64,000 nt of DNA from positions 69,592 to 133,591 of the IMG/VR virus record IMGVR_UViG_3300027963_000043; one strand, written 5' to 3'. Positions 56,751 through 64,000 of this stretch are shown here, one piece after another (the stretch's first letter is position 1; each line of letters starts with the position of its first letter). The translations under genes were made by a program, and so were the position numbers. The notes beneath the pieces were generated by a model. It made no database searches. It was not told the origin of the DNA and was given only the letters and a program-made list of their open reading frames with translations. Source of the stretch: a virus.

Positions 56751-56946
56751 GAAAGCTATGAAAGCTCAAGGTCGCTTTGTAAGTAAAGTTTATTATCGTA
56801 TCAGATATAAAGATATGGGGCTTTATATTTTAAATTCATTTCAATTTAAATTGTTGCCTAAATTTTTTTATATGAATGGCAAATACTTTACTGAATGTGG
56901 ATTTAATTGGTTAGGTTGGATTTTTGAGTTTCAATGGAATAGATAA
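56731..56946 (+). CDS. Hypothetical aromatic-rich protein
   Basis: Probable start ATG 56731 inside track ORF 56638..56946. Confidence 0.6.
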   Translation: MTSEEFEKAMKAQGRFVSKVYYRIRYKDMGLYILNSFQFKLLPKFFYMNGKYFTECGFNWLGWIFEFQWNR

Positions 56947-57248
56947 TGAAACCTAGATACGATTTTACTAAAGGAAAATTAATTTCATACGATGGTGAAA
57001 TTATTGAGTTTGCTGGTTCAGCAGTAGTAGACAAGTATCCAGATCAAGTGCAAGAAATAATGGATTTATTTGATTTTAAAAAAGGCGAATACCTTGTGAC
57101 TGATGAAAGCTCTGTTGGGGATTTTGAAAAACAGAATATGAATCCTAAAAAACTTGCAAAATTTAAGAAAAAATACGGATTCAGTTTGACAAATAAAACA
57201 AATATAAGTAAGATAGCTGAAAGGATGTATAACTTTAGACCATTTTAA
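56946..57248 (+). CDS. Hypothetical 100-aa protein
   Basis: TAATG-coupled ORF. Confidence 0.7.
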   Translation: MKPRYDFTKGKLISYDGEIIEFAGSAVVDKYPDQVQEIMDLFDFKKGEYLVTDESSVGDFEKQNMNPKKLAKFKKKYGFSLTNKTNISKIAERMYNFRPF

Positions 57249-57251
57249 TTT

Positions 57252-57542
57252 ATGAAATACAATATAACATCGCAAGATAAAGAAGCACTCACAGAATTTG
57301 ACCAGATTAAAGAAGGAGAAGTTTTTTCTTTCTTTACTCCAGAGTCTACTGATCGGGGAAATCACGCAATCTATATGAAGATCAGAGTTCCTAATACTAC
57401 TAGCGTAAATATATTAGATTTAGGAGATGGAAAGGCTTATGACTTTTCCGCTAAAAAGCGTAATACAATTAATGACCCCGATGAAAAGCAGGGTAATCGA
57501 GTCTATAAATTAAACGCAAAGATTAATATTGTAGTTTTATGA
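57252..57542 (+). CDS. Hypothetical 96-aa protein
   Basis: ORF in operon. Confidence 0.7.
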   Translation: MKYNITSQDKEALTEFDQIKEGEVFSFFTPESTDRGNHAIYMKIRVPNTTSVNILDLGDGKAYDFSAKKRNTINDPDEKQGNRVYKLNAKINIVVL

Positions 57543-57709
57543 GTAAAATTAAATATACATATTATATAGAACAAGACAAAGATAAAGATGGAAACCTTGT
57601 GCAAGGTTGGTCAATTTACAAAACTCCATTAGTAAAAACTATCAAAGTTAAAACATTTAAAAAGCTAAAAGATGCAGACGCTTTTCTAGAAAAAAATGAA
57701 AGTAATTAG
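57539..57709 (+). CDS. 56-aa hypothetical protein
   Basis: Manual translation MSKIKYTYYIEQ...; ATGA overlap. Confidence 0.6.
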   Translation: MSKIKYTYYIEQDKDKDGNLVQGWSIYKTPLVKTIKVKTFKKLKDADAFLEKNESN

Positions 57710-57890
57710 ATACATAAAACAATTAGAAGATGAATTTGGAAATGACCTTGAATTATGGGGAGCTTATGAGGAAACTCGTAAAGACAATTACCCTAATGTT
57801 GATTTCATTGATGCCAAACTATTAAAAACCTTCCCAAGTCCTTATCACGCAAGAAATTGGATGGAAAATGACGGCAAAAGAATTAATTGA
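57696..57890 (+). CDS. Hypothetical 64-aa protein
   Basis: Coupled ORF. Confidence 0.6.
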   Translation: MKVIRYIKQLEDEFGNDLELWGAYEETRKDNYPNVDFIDAKLLKTFPSPYHARNWMENDGKRIN

Positions 57891-58083
57891 TAATCTTAAA
57901 GACTTGCCACCAGAAACTCGTATATGTGTGAGAGGATACGAAGGTGGAATTGATTATGCTGAAATTTTAAGAGAAGTAAAGATTATTCATAACGCAAATA
58001 AAGAATGGTATTATGGCAATCACGAAGAATTGCTAGACTTTGATGCTAAACATTTTGACGAAATTGCTTGGATTATACAATAA
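57868..58083 (+). CDS. Hypothetical 71-aa protein (GYEGG motif)
   Basis: Coupled ORF. Confidence 0.65.
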   Translation: MTAKELIDNLKDLPPETRICVRGYEGGIDYAEILREVKIIHNANKEWYYGNHEELLDFDAKHFDEIAWIIQ

Positions 58084-58123
58084 TTTTCTTTGACTTAAAT
58101 TAAATTTAAATTATATTTGAGTT

Positions 58124-58798
58124 ATGGATACAACTAAACCAGATCATTTTTTTGCCAGCTTTAACGAGCTTCATAGCCACAAGGTAGAAGCCTATAAGCA
58201 GTATTGGGAAACACTTAAACCTTTGACTAACGAAGATATTTTTAGGCGTTATCTTTTTGCTTTCTGCTCGGTGCATACTACTTGGGAAGGTAATATCAAA
58301 GGCTATCTTGCTATTCGTGATTTTATTTATTGGAGATATAATCGTAAGGAATTGTTAAAGCGTCTTACTCGTTCTGGCGTTGGTTGTCAGAATGAAAGGA
58401 CAGATTATATTTGGGACTTTGCAAAAGACTTCTGGCAGAATCCTAAAGACTTTGTTTGCTATAACAAGAAACATTATGTTAAGGTTCGTGATAGTCTTGT
58501 TGAGCGTATTCGTGGATTGAGCTACGCTAAAGTTAGCTTCGCTCTTGAGATGATTAATCCTAATCATACTAAAGTTGTATGCGGTGATGTTCACCATCTT
58601 CGTTTTTATGGTATGGAGAATCTAAAATACACCAAGTCAAAAGTTGGTGCGATGAAATACAAAGCGATGGAGAAACATTGGATTGATAATTGTGATAAAT
58701 TAGGTGTGCCATCTTATATTGTTCGTTGCCTTATGTGGGACGATATTCAGAAACAAACTGATAGTGATTATTGGGGATATGTTCTCAAGCCTTTTTGA
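58124..58798 (+). CDS. HhH DNA glycosylase/AP lyase, Ogg2-like
   Basis: LVERIRGLSYAKVSFAL helix-hairpin-helix then CGDVHHLR; terminal MWD. Confidence 0.72.
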   Translation: MDTTKPDHFFASFNELHSHKVEAYKQYWETLKPLTNEDIFRRYLFAFCSVHTTWEGNIKGYLAIRDFIYWRYNRKELLKRLTRSGVGCQNERTDYIWDFAKDFWQNPKDFVCYNKKHYVKVRDSLVERIRGLSYAKVSFALEMINPNHTKVVCGDVHHLRFYGMENLKYTKSKVGAMKYKAMEKHWIDNCDKLGVPSYIVRCLMWDDIQKQTDSDYWGYVLKPF

Positions 58799-58800
58799 TA

Positions 58801-58998
58801 ATGAAAGCATCATCTTATTTTACTGATGGAGAGATTGAATTAGCTATGGGAATCCTTGGAGATTTATTATCCAATAAACATTTTCTAGATGAAATTTCAG
58901 TATCTCACGATGCTACTGATAAGTATTATAAATTAGTAGACAAGATAGATGTTTATTTTAATGACTTTGACTTAAAGAATGAGACTCCACAAGAATGA
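58801..58998 (+). CDS. Hypothetical acidic protein
   Basis: Probable start ATG 58801. Confidence 0.6.
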   Translation: MKASSYFTDGEIELAMGILGDLLSNKHFLDEISVSHDATDKYYKLVDKIDVYFNDFDLKNETPQE

Positions 58999-59198
58999 AA
59001 TTAAAAGATTTAATTGACCGCAAGATTCTTTATCTTAATTTTCCTATTAACAGACATTCAATTCAAGAAGGAAAGGTAACAGAAATTTCCCCAGCCGAAA
59101 AATGTATTAAAATTAATAATGATTGGCACTTAATTAGCAACATTCGTATTATAGAATTGTTTAGCGAAAAAGAAAGACCAACATTAGGATTTAATTGA
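58995..59198 (+). CDS. Hypothetical 67-aa protein
   Basis: Coupled ORF. Confidence 0.6.
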   Translation: MKLKDLIDRKILYLNFPINRHSIQEGKVTEISPAEKCIKINNDWHLISNIRIIELFSEKERPTLGFN

Positions 59199-59228
59199 CA
59201 TTAAATTAAAATGAAGCATAATCAAGAA

Positions 59229-59369
59229 ATGGAAAAAGCAATTAGACTTCTAGAGGAACTTGTTAATCAAGCTGACGAAGATTGTCCTCAAGATTGTAGA
59301 ACAATGCACTTTGTTAATGCTCTTGAAGAAGCTAGTGAATTTATAATGGAGTATAAAAATACAAAATGA
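59229..59369 (+). CDS. 46-aa protein (MEKAIRLLEELV...DCPQDC)
   Basis: TTGACA-16-CATAAT-6-ATG; manual translation. Confidence 0.6.
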   Translation: MEKAIRLLEELVNQADEDCPQDCRTMHFVNALEEASEFIMEYKNTK

Positions 59370-59575
59370 AACTAGGGCGAATTTGTGTGGATTTAAATTA
59401 TATTGTAGATATAGATAATGATGAGATGGTAAGACACGCTACCGAAGCTCTGTATGAAGATTTAATGCAAGGAATTAAATATGGTGATTTAGCAAATTGG
59501 ATTCGTGTAAGCGAAGATAAAAATGCAACAGAAGATATGATTCCAGAGTTTTTATTGGACAAAGAAAATGATTAA
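59366..59575 (+). CDS. Hypothetical 69-aa protein
   Basis: Coupled ORF. Confidence 0.6.
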   Translation: MKLGRICVDLNYIVDIDNDEMVRHATEALYEDLMQGIKYGDLANWIRVSEDKNATEDMIPEFLLDKEND

Positions 59576-59759
59576 TCCAAGAGCAAAAATCTTATCAGAC
59601 TTAAAAAGAGCATATCTAAAAGAGCATCCAGTATCTCTTGTGGATAGGATTCTTGGGTATTTAAATAATCTAACCGATTTTCAGCTTTGTCAATTATACT
59701 CTGAAAAGTATGAAACTAACCCAAAATATATAGCAGAGCAGTTTGAATTTAACTTCTAA
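59568..59759 (+). CDS. Hypothetical 63-aa protein
   Basis: Coupled ORF. Confidence 0.6.
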   Translation: MINPRAKILSDLKRAYLKEHPVSLVDRILGYLNNLTDFQLCQLYSEKYETNPKYIAEQFEFNF

Positions 59760-59774
59760 TGTGTAATTAGAAGT

Positions 59775-59984
59775 ATGGGTAAGAAAAAAGTAGACAAATC
59801 ACGAATAGAAAAAGGTTTAGAAAAAGAAGAAAAGACCTTTGCTTTAATGTCTAAAAAGATAGTTGATGCTATAAAAGATGAAAAAGAGTTAAGAGCTTTT
59901 GCAAAAACTTCACTAGAAATACTTTACAAAGACAATCCAAACTTATTCGCAGATCACGCAAAATTAAAGTTGAAGAAAAAATAA
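59775..59984 (+). CDS. Hypothetical 69-aa basic protein
   Basis: GTGTAA exactly 8 nt before ATG. Confidence 0.7.
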   Translation: MGKKKVDKSRIEKGLEKEEKTFALMSKKIVDAIKDEKELRAFAKTSLEILYKDNPNLFADHAKLKLKKK

Positions 59985-60005
59985 ATTCAAGTTAGTATAT
60001 AGAAT

Positions 60006-60191
60006 ATGCAAGAAGAAGTCAAGACCTTTCGCACAATGCGACAATTTGTAAGTTGGTATGAAACAAATGTAGATAATACTTCGCTTCCAGCAAGCATAGC
60101 TTTGGATTTGAATGAATTTTATATTAAGTTTAAATATCTTATTAAGCAAGAAGATGAAGCGAATGAGTATCTTAAAAATTTCTTGGGATAA
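60006..60191 (+). CDS. Hypothetical 61-aa protein
   Basis: ORF in array. Confidence 0.6.
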   Translation: MQEEVKTFRTMRQFVSWYETNVDNTSLPASIALDLNEFYIKFKYLIKQEDEANEYLKNFLG

Positions 60192-60192
60192 T

Positions 60193-60336
60193 ATGCAAAA
60201 CCAAGACCTAAAGAAAAATATCATAGAATTAATTGAGTGGCACAATAGAAATAATACTCATATCTCTGGAATTACTTGGAAAGAGATAGATACAGCAGAT
60301 AAGCTAGTAAAAGAAATAACTAAACAATTAAAATAA
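60193..60336 (+). CDS. 47-aa hypothetical protein
   Basis: Probable start ATG 60193 inside track ORF 60112..60336. Confidence 0.55.
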   Translation: MQNQDLKKNIIELIEWHNRNNTHISGITWKEIDTADKLVKEITKQLK

Positions 60337-60377
60337 ATTCACTTGCCTTTTAATAGAAAAGCAAGTATAGTGTTTTT

Positions 60378-60689
60378 ATGAGCAAAACCAAAAGAGCAAA
60401 AATTACAACTAGGGAAAGAATTTCAAATTTTGTTGAAGCTACATATTCAGATTACTCTAATAAGATTCTTCTTGCAGATGGATTTGATGAGGCTTTTATT
60501 GGGATTGGTGAAAATTCAGAAGGAAATCCAGTAGCAGTTTATTCGATTGAGAAATGCTTGGATATTCTTGAGCAACAATTTAAAGATGAAGAAGATCCTA
60601 TTGCTGATGCTATTGATTTTTTTGAATTTAATGTGAAAGGTTCTTATGTTGGAGAATTTACTCCAATGTTTGTAAATATGTTCCCATAA
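60378..60689 (+). CDS. Hypothetical phage protein (ADGFDEAFIG...FNVKGSYVGEFTP)
   Basis: TTGCCT-17-TATAGT-6-ATG. Confidence 0.8.
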   Translation: MSKTKRAKITTRERISNFVEATYSDYSNKILLADGFDEAFIGIGENSEGNPVAVYSIEKCLDILEQQFKDEEDPIADAIDFFEFNVKGSYVGEFTPMFVNMFP

Positions 60690-61018
60690 TGAAATTACCT
60701 AAACTTGACTTACTTGATCTTGCTACTACTTATATTTTCTTTGGACTAATCTATGGAACGATTGTAACTTTAACTTGGAATTATCTTTTCGAGCCAATTA
60801 CTTTTATTCATTTATCTATTCTTCAAGGATTTGGGATTCATTTGATCGCTAGGATTCTTTTTGGTAATACTAATACAAATTATATTAGTAATTTTTATAG
60901 CCAAAAAACTCCAGACCTAGACAAGATTGATAGTTATTTAAAAGAAATACAAGCAGATTTAGATAAAGAAGCAGACGAGGTTGAAAGACAATACGAAGAT
61001 TTAGATAAAAAAGACTAA
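60689..61018 (+). CDS. Two-TM membrane protein with acidic coiled-coil tail
   Basis: Hydrophobic N-terminal half. Confidence 0.7.
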   Translation: MKLPKLDLLDLATTYIFFGLIYGTIVTLTWNYLFEPITFIHLSILQGFGIHLIARILFGNTNTNYISNFYSQKTPDLDKIDSYLKEIQADLDKEADEVERQYEDLDKKD

Positions 61019-61022
61019 TAAG

Positions 61023-61436
61023 ATGAATTTTGATAAGATCGTTGAGATTACTTATGCCTTAATTAATAAGCATAATGCAGATTTAAGATGTAGACACTTT
61101 AGCTTTATTCTTGACCGCAATCGTATTATAAGTATTGGAATGAACTCTACCAAGACTCATCCAATGAACTTAAAATACAATTATATTAATAAAAATAAAG
61201 AAAAGATTAGTGACATCGTAGGAACTCATAGTGAATTAAATGCTGTTATCAAGTTGGGTATAGAAGATTGTTCTAAATTAACTCTCGTTAATACTAGAAT
61301 CAATAGAAATAATCTGCTAGATCATTCTGCTCCTTGCAACGGCTGTTCGGATATGATTAAACAATTAAATTTTAAAAATGTTTATCATACAGATAGTCAA
61401 GCAAATTTTGTTCAATACAATATAAATAAAAACTAG
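61023..61436 (+). CDS. Second Zn-dependent (CDA-fold) deaminase, substrate unknown
   Basis: GTHSELNAV (HxE) and SAPCNGC (PCxxC). Confidence 0.82.
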   Translation: MNFDKIVEITYALINKHNADLRCRHFSFILDRNRIISIGMNSTKTHPMNLKYNYINKNKEKISDIVGTHSELNAVIKLGIEDCSKLTLVNTRINRNNLLDHSAPCNGCSDMIKQLNFKNVYHTDSQANFVQYNINKN

Positions 61437-61510
61437 ACAATATTATTTATGTAGCATAAAATGTATTTGACAACTCTCAATATATATAGTAACCTTATTA
61501 ATAGGTAAAA

Positions 61511-61672
61511 ATGAAAAAATCATTCGGTCTTAAAGTTAATTTCACTTGGGAAGAAGTGCGTCCAGACGCAACGATGAATGATTATATATTAGTTTTTGAT
61601 TTTGATAATTTTTGTATATTCTGTGAAAATACTAATAAAAAGTATATTGAAGTAAAAAATTTAGATAAATAA
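61511..61672 (+). CDS. 53-aa hypothetical protein
   Basis: Manual translation; TTGACA upstream. Confidence 0.5.
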   Translation: MKKSFGLKVNFTWEEVRPDATMNDYILVFDFDNFCIFCENTNKKYIEVKNLDK

Positions 61673-61694
61673 ACAATAAGTTATAATATAAAAT

Positions 61695-61844
61695 ATGAAC
61701 AAAACTGAACTTGAAAAAGAAATGCAGATGTATGTAGAGAGATTGTCATTTTTTAAAAATGACATTTTAAGGTTAGAGGGAATTATATTCTATTTAGAGA
61801 ACAAAATTAAAGAATTACAAAATTCTAATTTGACAAATAGCTAA
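61695..61844 (+). CDS. 49-aa coiled-coil protein
   Basis: TATAAT 7 nt before ATG; manual translation. Confidence 0.55.
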   Translation: MNKTELEKEMQMYVERLSFFKNDILRLEGIIFYLENKIKELQNSNLTNS

Positions 61845-61866
61845 AATATATATATTATTAATCATT

Positions 61867-62043
61867 ATGGCAAACAGACCCAAAACATACTTTGTTAAGA
61901 TGACAGACAACACTAATGGCACATTTACCATTAGTGAGGCCAAGGTTCTTGATAAGGTCAATCAGCACACTCGTCATTGGAGATCCTTTGATAAGCGTAA
62001 ATTGACCAGCAAGCTCCGAGTCGCTGATCTTCTTACCAAATAA
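61867..62043 (+). CDS. 58-aa basic protein (MANRPKTYFVKM...)
   Basis: TTGACA-17-TATTAT-8-ATG; manual translation; replaces the antisense track ORF. Confidence 0.7.
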   Translation: MANRPKTYFVKMTDNTNGTFTISEAKVLDKVNQHTRHWRSFDKRKLTSKLRVADLLTK

Positions 62044-62208
62044 TACTATTATAGGATACATTCATAGGGATTAAAAACCCCTATGGGTGTAATCTATATT
62101 ACTATGAAGTCTAGTAATCATAAGGAAATATTCAGTCGCTAGAAGAAGTTAATCTAGCTTGACATTTTAATCAATTTAAATTAATCTTAAATTAGTCGAG
62201 GACAAGTT

Positions 62209-62676
62209 ATGAAAATACTATGTAGAATATCCATTTTGTTGTTAGCCTCTTGTATATTATTCAAGAGCGAAATAACATCATCTTCAAAGAAACCTATTAT
62301 CTTTAATAAAGATCAGATGGTTGATAATTTTATTAAAGCTAATACTGCGAAAAAAGAAATCAAGGTTCGCTTAACTGCTTATTGGGCAAAAGGTAGTGGC
62401 ACAGATTCTTGGAGTGCAAAGAGGCAAAGTTCGACTGGTGCGACCCTTAAACCTAACAAGAGCGTTGCAGTAGACCCTAGAATTATTCCTTATTTCTCAA
62501 AACTTTATATTCCTAATCTTGGATTTAGATTTGCTCACGATACTGGCACAGATGTTATCAGAAAAAAAGCTAGTCACGGCCAATATCCAGTAGTTGATAT
62601 TTTCTTTTTAACAGAAAAAGAAGCTATGAGATTTGTAAATAATAACCCAAAAATAGTTAAAGTTGCCGTATATTAA
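62209..62676 (+). CDS. 3D-domain (MltA-like) protein with lipobox-type signal
   Basis: LTAY, AVDPRIIP, HDTG, VVDIF (three Asp); LLASC lipobox. Confidence 0.88.
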   Translation: MKILCRISILLLASCILFKSEITSSSKKPIIFNKDQMVDNFIKANTAKKEIKVRLTAYWAKGSGTDSWSAKRQSSTGATLKPNKSVAVDPRIIPYFSKLYIPNLGFRFAHDTGTDVIRKKASHGQYPVVDIFFLTEKEAMRFVNNNPKIVKVAVY

Positions 62677-62677
62677 A

Positions 62678-63064
62678 ATGATTATTGATGATAGTATTAG
62701 CTTTTTTGGCGTTTATCATCATAATTGTATTATTAATTTAGGATTGCCAAAACAATTTTCTGATCTTTATTCCTCTGATAAGTATAGAAGCGTTATACTT
62801 TGCCAAAAAGATGAAAAGAATGGTTACTTATTGACTCAAAGCATTTTAAGCAAAGAAAATATGACAAAACCTTATATGAGAAGTCACTATTTTGTTGATA
62901 AACAACATCTTATACAAGGTTACAAAAATATTGTTGATAAAATTGATTCTAGTGATAAAATCTTTTATCTATTACGAAGCAATAATAATTCTGATTATGT
63001 TGATTCAGAAAAACTTGTAGAAGAATGGAAAAAAGAGGTAAAAAATGCCACCAAAGAAATCTAA
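62678..63064 (+). CDS. Hypothetical protein
   Basis: Probable start ATG 62678 within track ORF 62663..63064. Confidence 0.65.
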   Translation: MIIDDSISFFGVYHHNCIINLGLPKQFSDLYSSDKYRSVILCQKDEKNGYLLTQSILSKENMTKPYMRSHYFVDKQHLIQGYKNIVDKIDSSDKIFYLLRSNNNSDYVDSEKLVEEWKKEVKNATKEI

Positions 63065-63254
63065 AATTGAATTTCTAACCGAACATTTAGCAAGTTTAAA
63101 TCATTGGCGAGATCAATTACTTGCCCTTGAAAAATCCTATTATAGCAAAGATACCGAAAAAGAAAGAACTTGTCGTAATATGTTAAATAAATATCTAGAT
63201 GATGTTTTAGCCTATAATAAAAATATCAAGGAAAAGCCTAAAAACAAGGTGTAA
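63045..63254 (+). CDS. Hypothetical 69-aa protein
   Basis: Coupled ORF. Confidence 0.6.
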   Translation: MPPKKSKIEFLTEHLASLNHWRDQLLALEKSYYSKDTEKERTCRNMLNKYLDDVLAYNKNIKEKPKNKV

Positions 63255-63273
63255 AGATAAATAGAACAATATT

Positions 63274-63336
63274 ATGGAAATCGCAATTTTATCAGCTTGT
63301 TTTATTTTAGGTGGAATTTTTGGGGTTCGTCTATGA
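63274..63336 (+). CDS. 20-aa hydrophobic micropeptide MEIAILSACFILGGIFGVRL
   Basis: Downstream of GTGTAA at 63249; ATGA overlap with next gene. Confidence 0.45.
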   Translation: MEIAILSACFILGGIFGVRL

Positions 63337-63557
63337 ACTGGCTAATTGATCTTTATTGGGATGTTCGTTTTAAAATTGAAGATAAAATTTCTGATTGGAA
63401 ATGGAATCGTGAACTAAATAAAGAAGATGCTCCTTTTGTTAGTGAATATAATGATAATGAAATCTCTGCTAGTTGGGAAGATGAAGAAGTAGAAGTCAAG
63501 CCAAAGAAAAAGAAAGCTAAAAAGAAAAGTGCTAAAAAATCTAAAAAAAGCGTTTAA
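63333..63557 (+). CDS. Hypothetical protein with acidic then Lys-rich tail
   Basis: Probable start ATG 63333. Confidence 0.65.
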   Translation: MNWLIDLYWDVRFKIEDKISDWKWNRELNKEDAPFVSEYNDNEISASWEDEEVEVKPKKKKAKKKSAKKSKKSV

Positions 63558-63615
63558 GTGGTTGTTTAATTTAAAGTTGGGTTGTGGTTGTTCTGGTTGT
63601 AGTTGTAAAAAATAA
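63529..63615 (+). CDS. 28-aa peptide MLKNLKKAFKWLFNLKLGCGCSGCSCKK
   Basis: GTG start overlapping previous gene; explains GGTTGT repeats as Gly-Cys codons. Confidence 0.5.
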   Translation: MLKNLKKAFKWLFNLKLGCGCSGCSCKK

Positions 63616-63656
63616 TTCTTGATTTAAAATTTAAATTCGGTTAGTATATACTAACT

Positions 63657-63857
63657 ATGGCATTAACAAAACAAGACTTAAAAGAAATCAGAATGTTTCA
63701 AAATAACTTGAAAAACTCTGGTATGAATCCTTGGGGAAATCTCAAGCGTGGCAAAGATATGAAAATGACTAATATGGGTAGACCCAAGAAAGCAATTTAT
63801 AACAAGGAAGATGCTGTTGAACAGCCTCAAGAGGAAAAGTTTAAAAATAAAAAATAA
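63657..63857 (+). CDS. Hypothetical 66-aa basic protein
   Basis: Own promoter-like sequence upstream. Confidence 0.65.
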   Translation: MALTKQDLKEIRMFQNNLKNSGMNPWGNLKRGKDMKMTNMGRPKKAIYNKEDAVEQPQEEKFKNKK

Positions 63858-63897
63858 TATATTGACATTTATCAAAATATATACTAATATTAACATT

Positions 63898-64000
63898 ATG
63901 AATACAACCCAAACGCAATATACTTGGCAAGTCAAAGCTACGACTGGTCAGCTTGTTGTTGCTCCCAAGAGTTACCCAACTCTCCGTGGTGCAAAGATCG
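63898..64000 (+). CDS. 5' part of a hypothetical protein (MNTTQTQYTWQVKATTG...), truncated by window
   Basis: TTGACA-17-TAATAT-7-ATG; open to the end. Confidence 0.65.
   Translation, partial: MNTTQTQYTWQVKATTGQLVVAPKSYPTLRGAKI

Noticed and set aside
63558-63606. GGTTGT repeats as replication iterons or telomere-like repeat
   Set aside because: Irregular spacing is explained by Gly-Cys codons of a 28-aa ORF.
4593-63935. Short ORFs antisense or out of frame within long genes (e.g. 4593, 7176, 9626, 9633, 10144, 27349, 32208, 36249, 49434, 51521, 57066, 61858, 63678)
   Set aside because: They lie inside well-supported genes, show shadow-ORF composition and lack the promoter motifs seen before real genes.
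1-64000. Stop-codon reassignment (code 15 or 4)
   Set aside because: Long genes are intact in code 11; TAG and TGA end real genes next to downstream starts; no suppressor tRNA. The purA case is a single TAA.

Overview
64 kb segment of a large, very AT-rich (roughly 27-30% GC by eye) lytic dsDNA bacteriophage using the standard genetic code. The phage call rests on rIIA/rIIB-like genes, a split DNA polymerase III alpha, a phage sigma factor, tRNAs, tmRNA, dense small orphan ORFs, and no ribosomal or housekeeping operons. Positions 1-25760 run on the minus strand: a replication/recombination module (DnaE split from its PHP domain, DEDDh exonuclease, Cas4/RecB-like nuclease, primase, ThyX, DnaB, RecA), a ~13 kb glycan-synthesis island, a 471-aa orphan and a tmRNA. 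From ~25.8 kb the window is mostly plus strand: a probable ~330-nt structured ncRNA, a membrane protein, two Cys-rich paralogs, nucleotide metabolism (GMPR/IMPDH-family, dCMP deaminase, dNMP kinase, NrdAB, PurA), sigma factor, three tRNAs, DNA repair (UvsE, ligase, RuvB, Ogg-like), rIIA/B and many small ORFs. Main candidates for new biology: (1) an unassigned structured ncRNA with its own promoter, divergent from the tmRNA; (2) two promoter classes both placed for leaderless translation: sigma70-type, and GTGTAA at a fixed 8 nt from the start codon; (3) a tRNA-Ser with the normally avoided ACU anticodon, plus a second orphan deaminase; (4) a tmRNA with a 24-aa non-canonical tag; (5) a 27-bp dyad element in four copies; (6) an enzyme set that could convert G to A and C to T nucleotides. 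All calls come from reading motifs by eye; no database searches were run. The ORF track lists 40713..41192 as +, but it is encoded on the minus strand.
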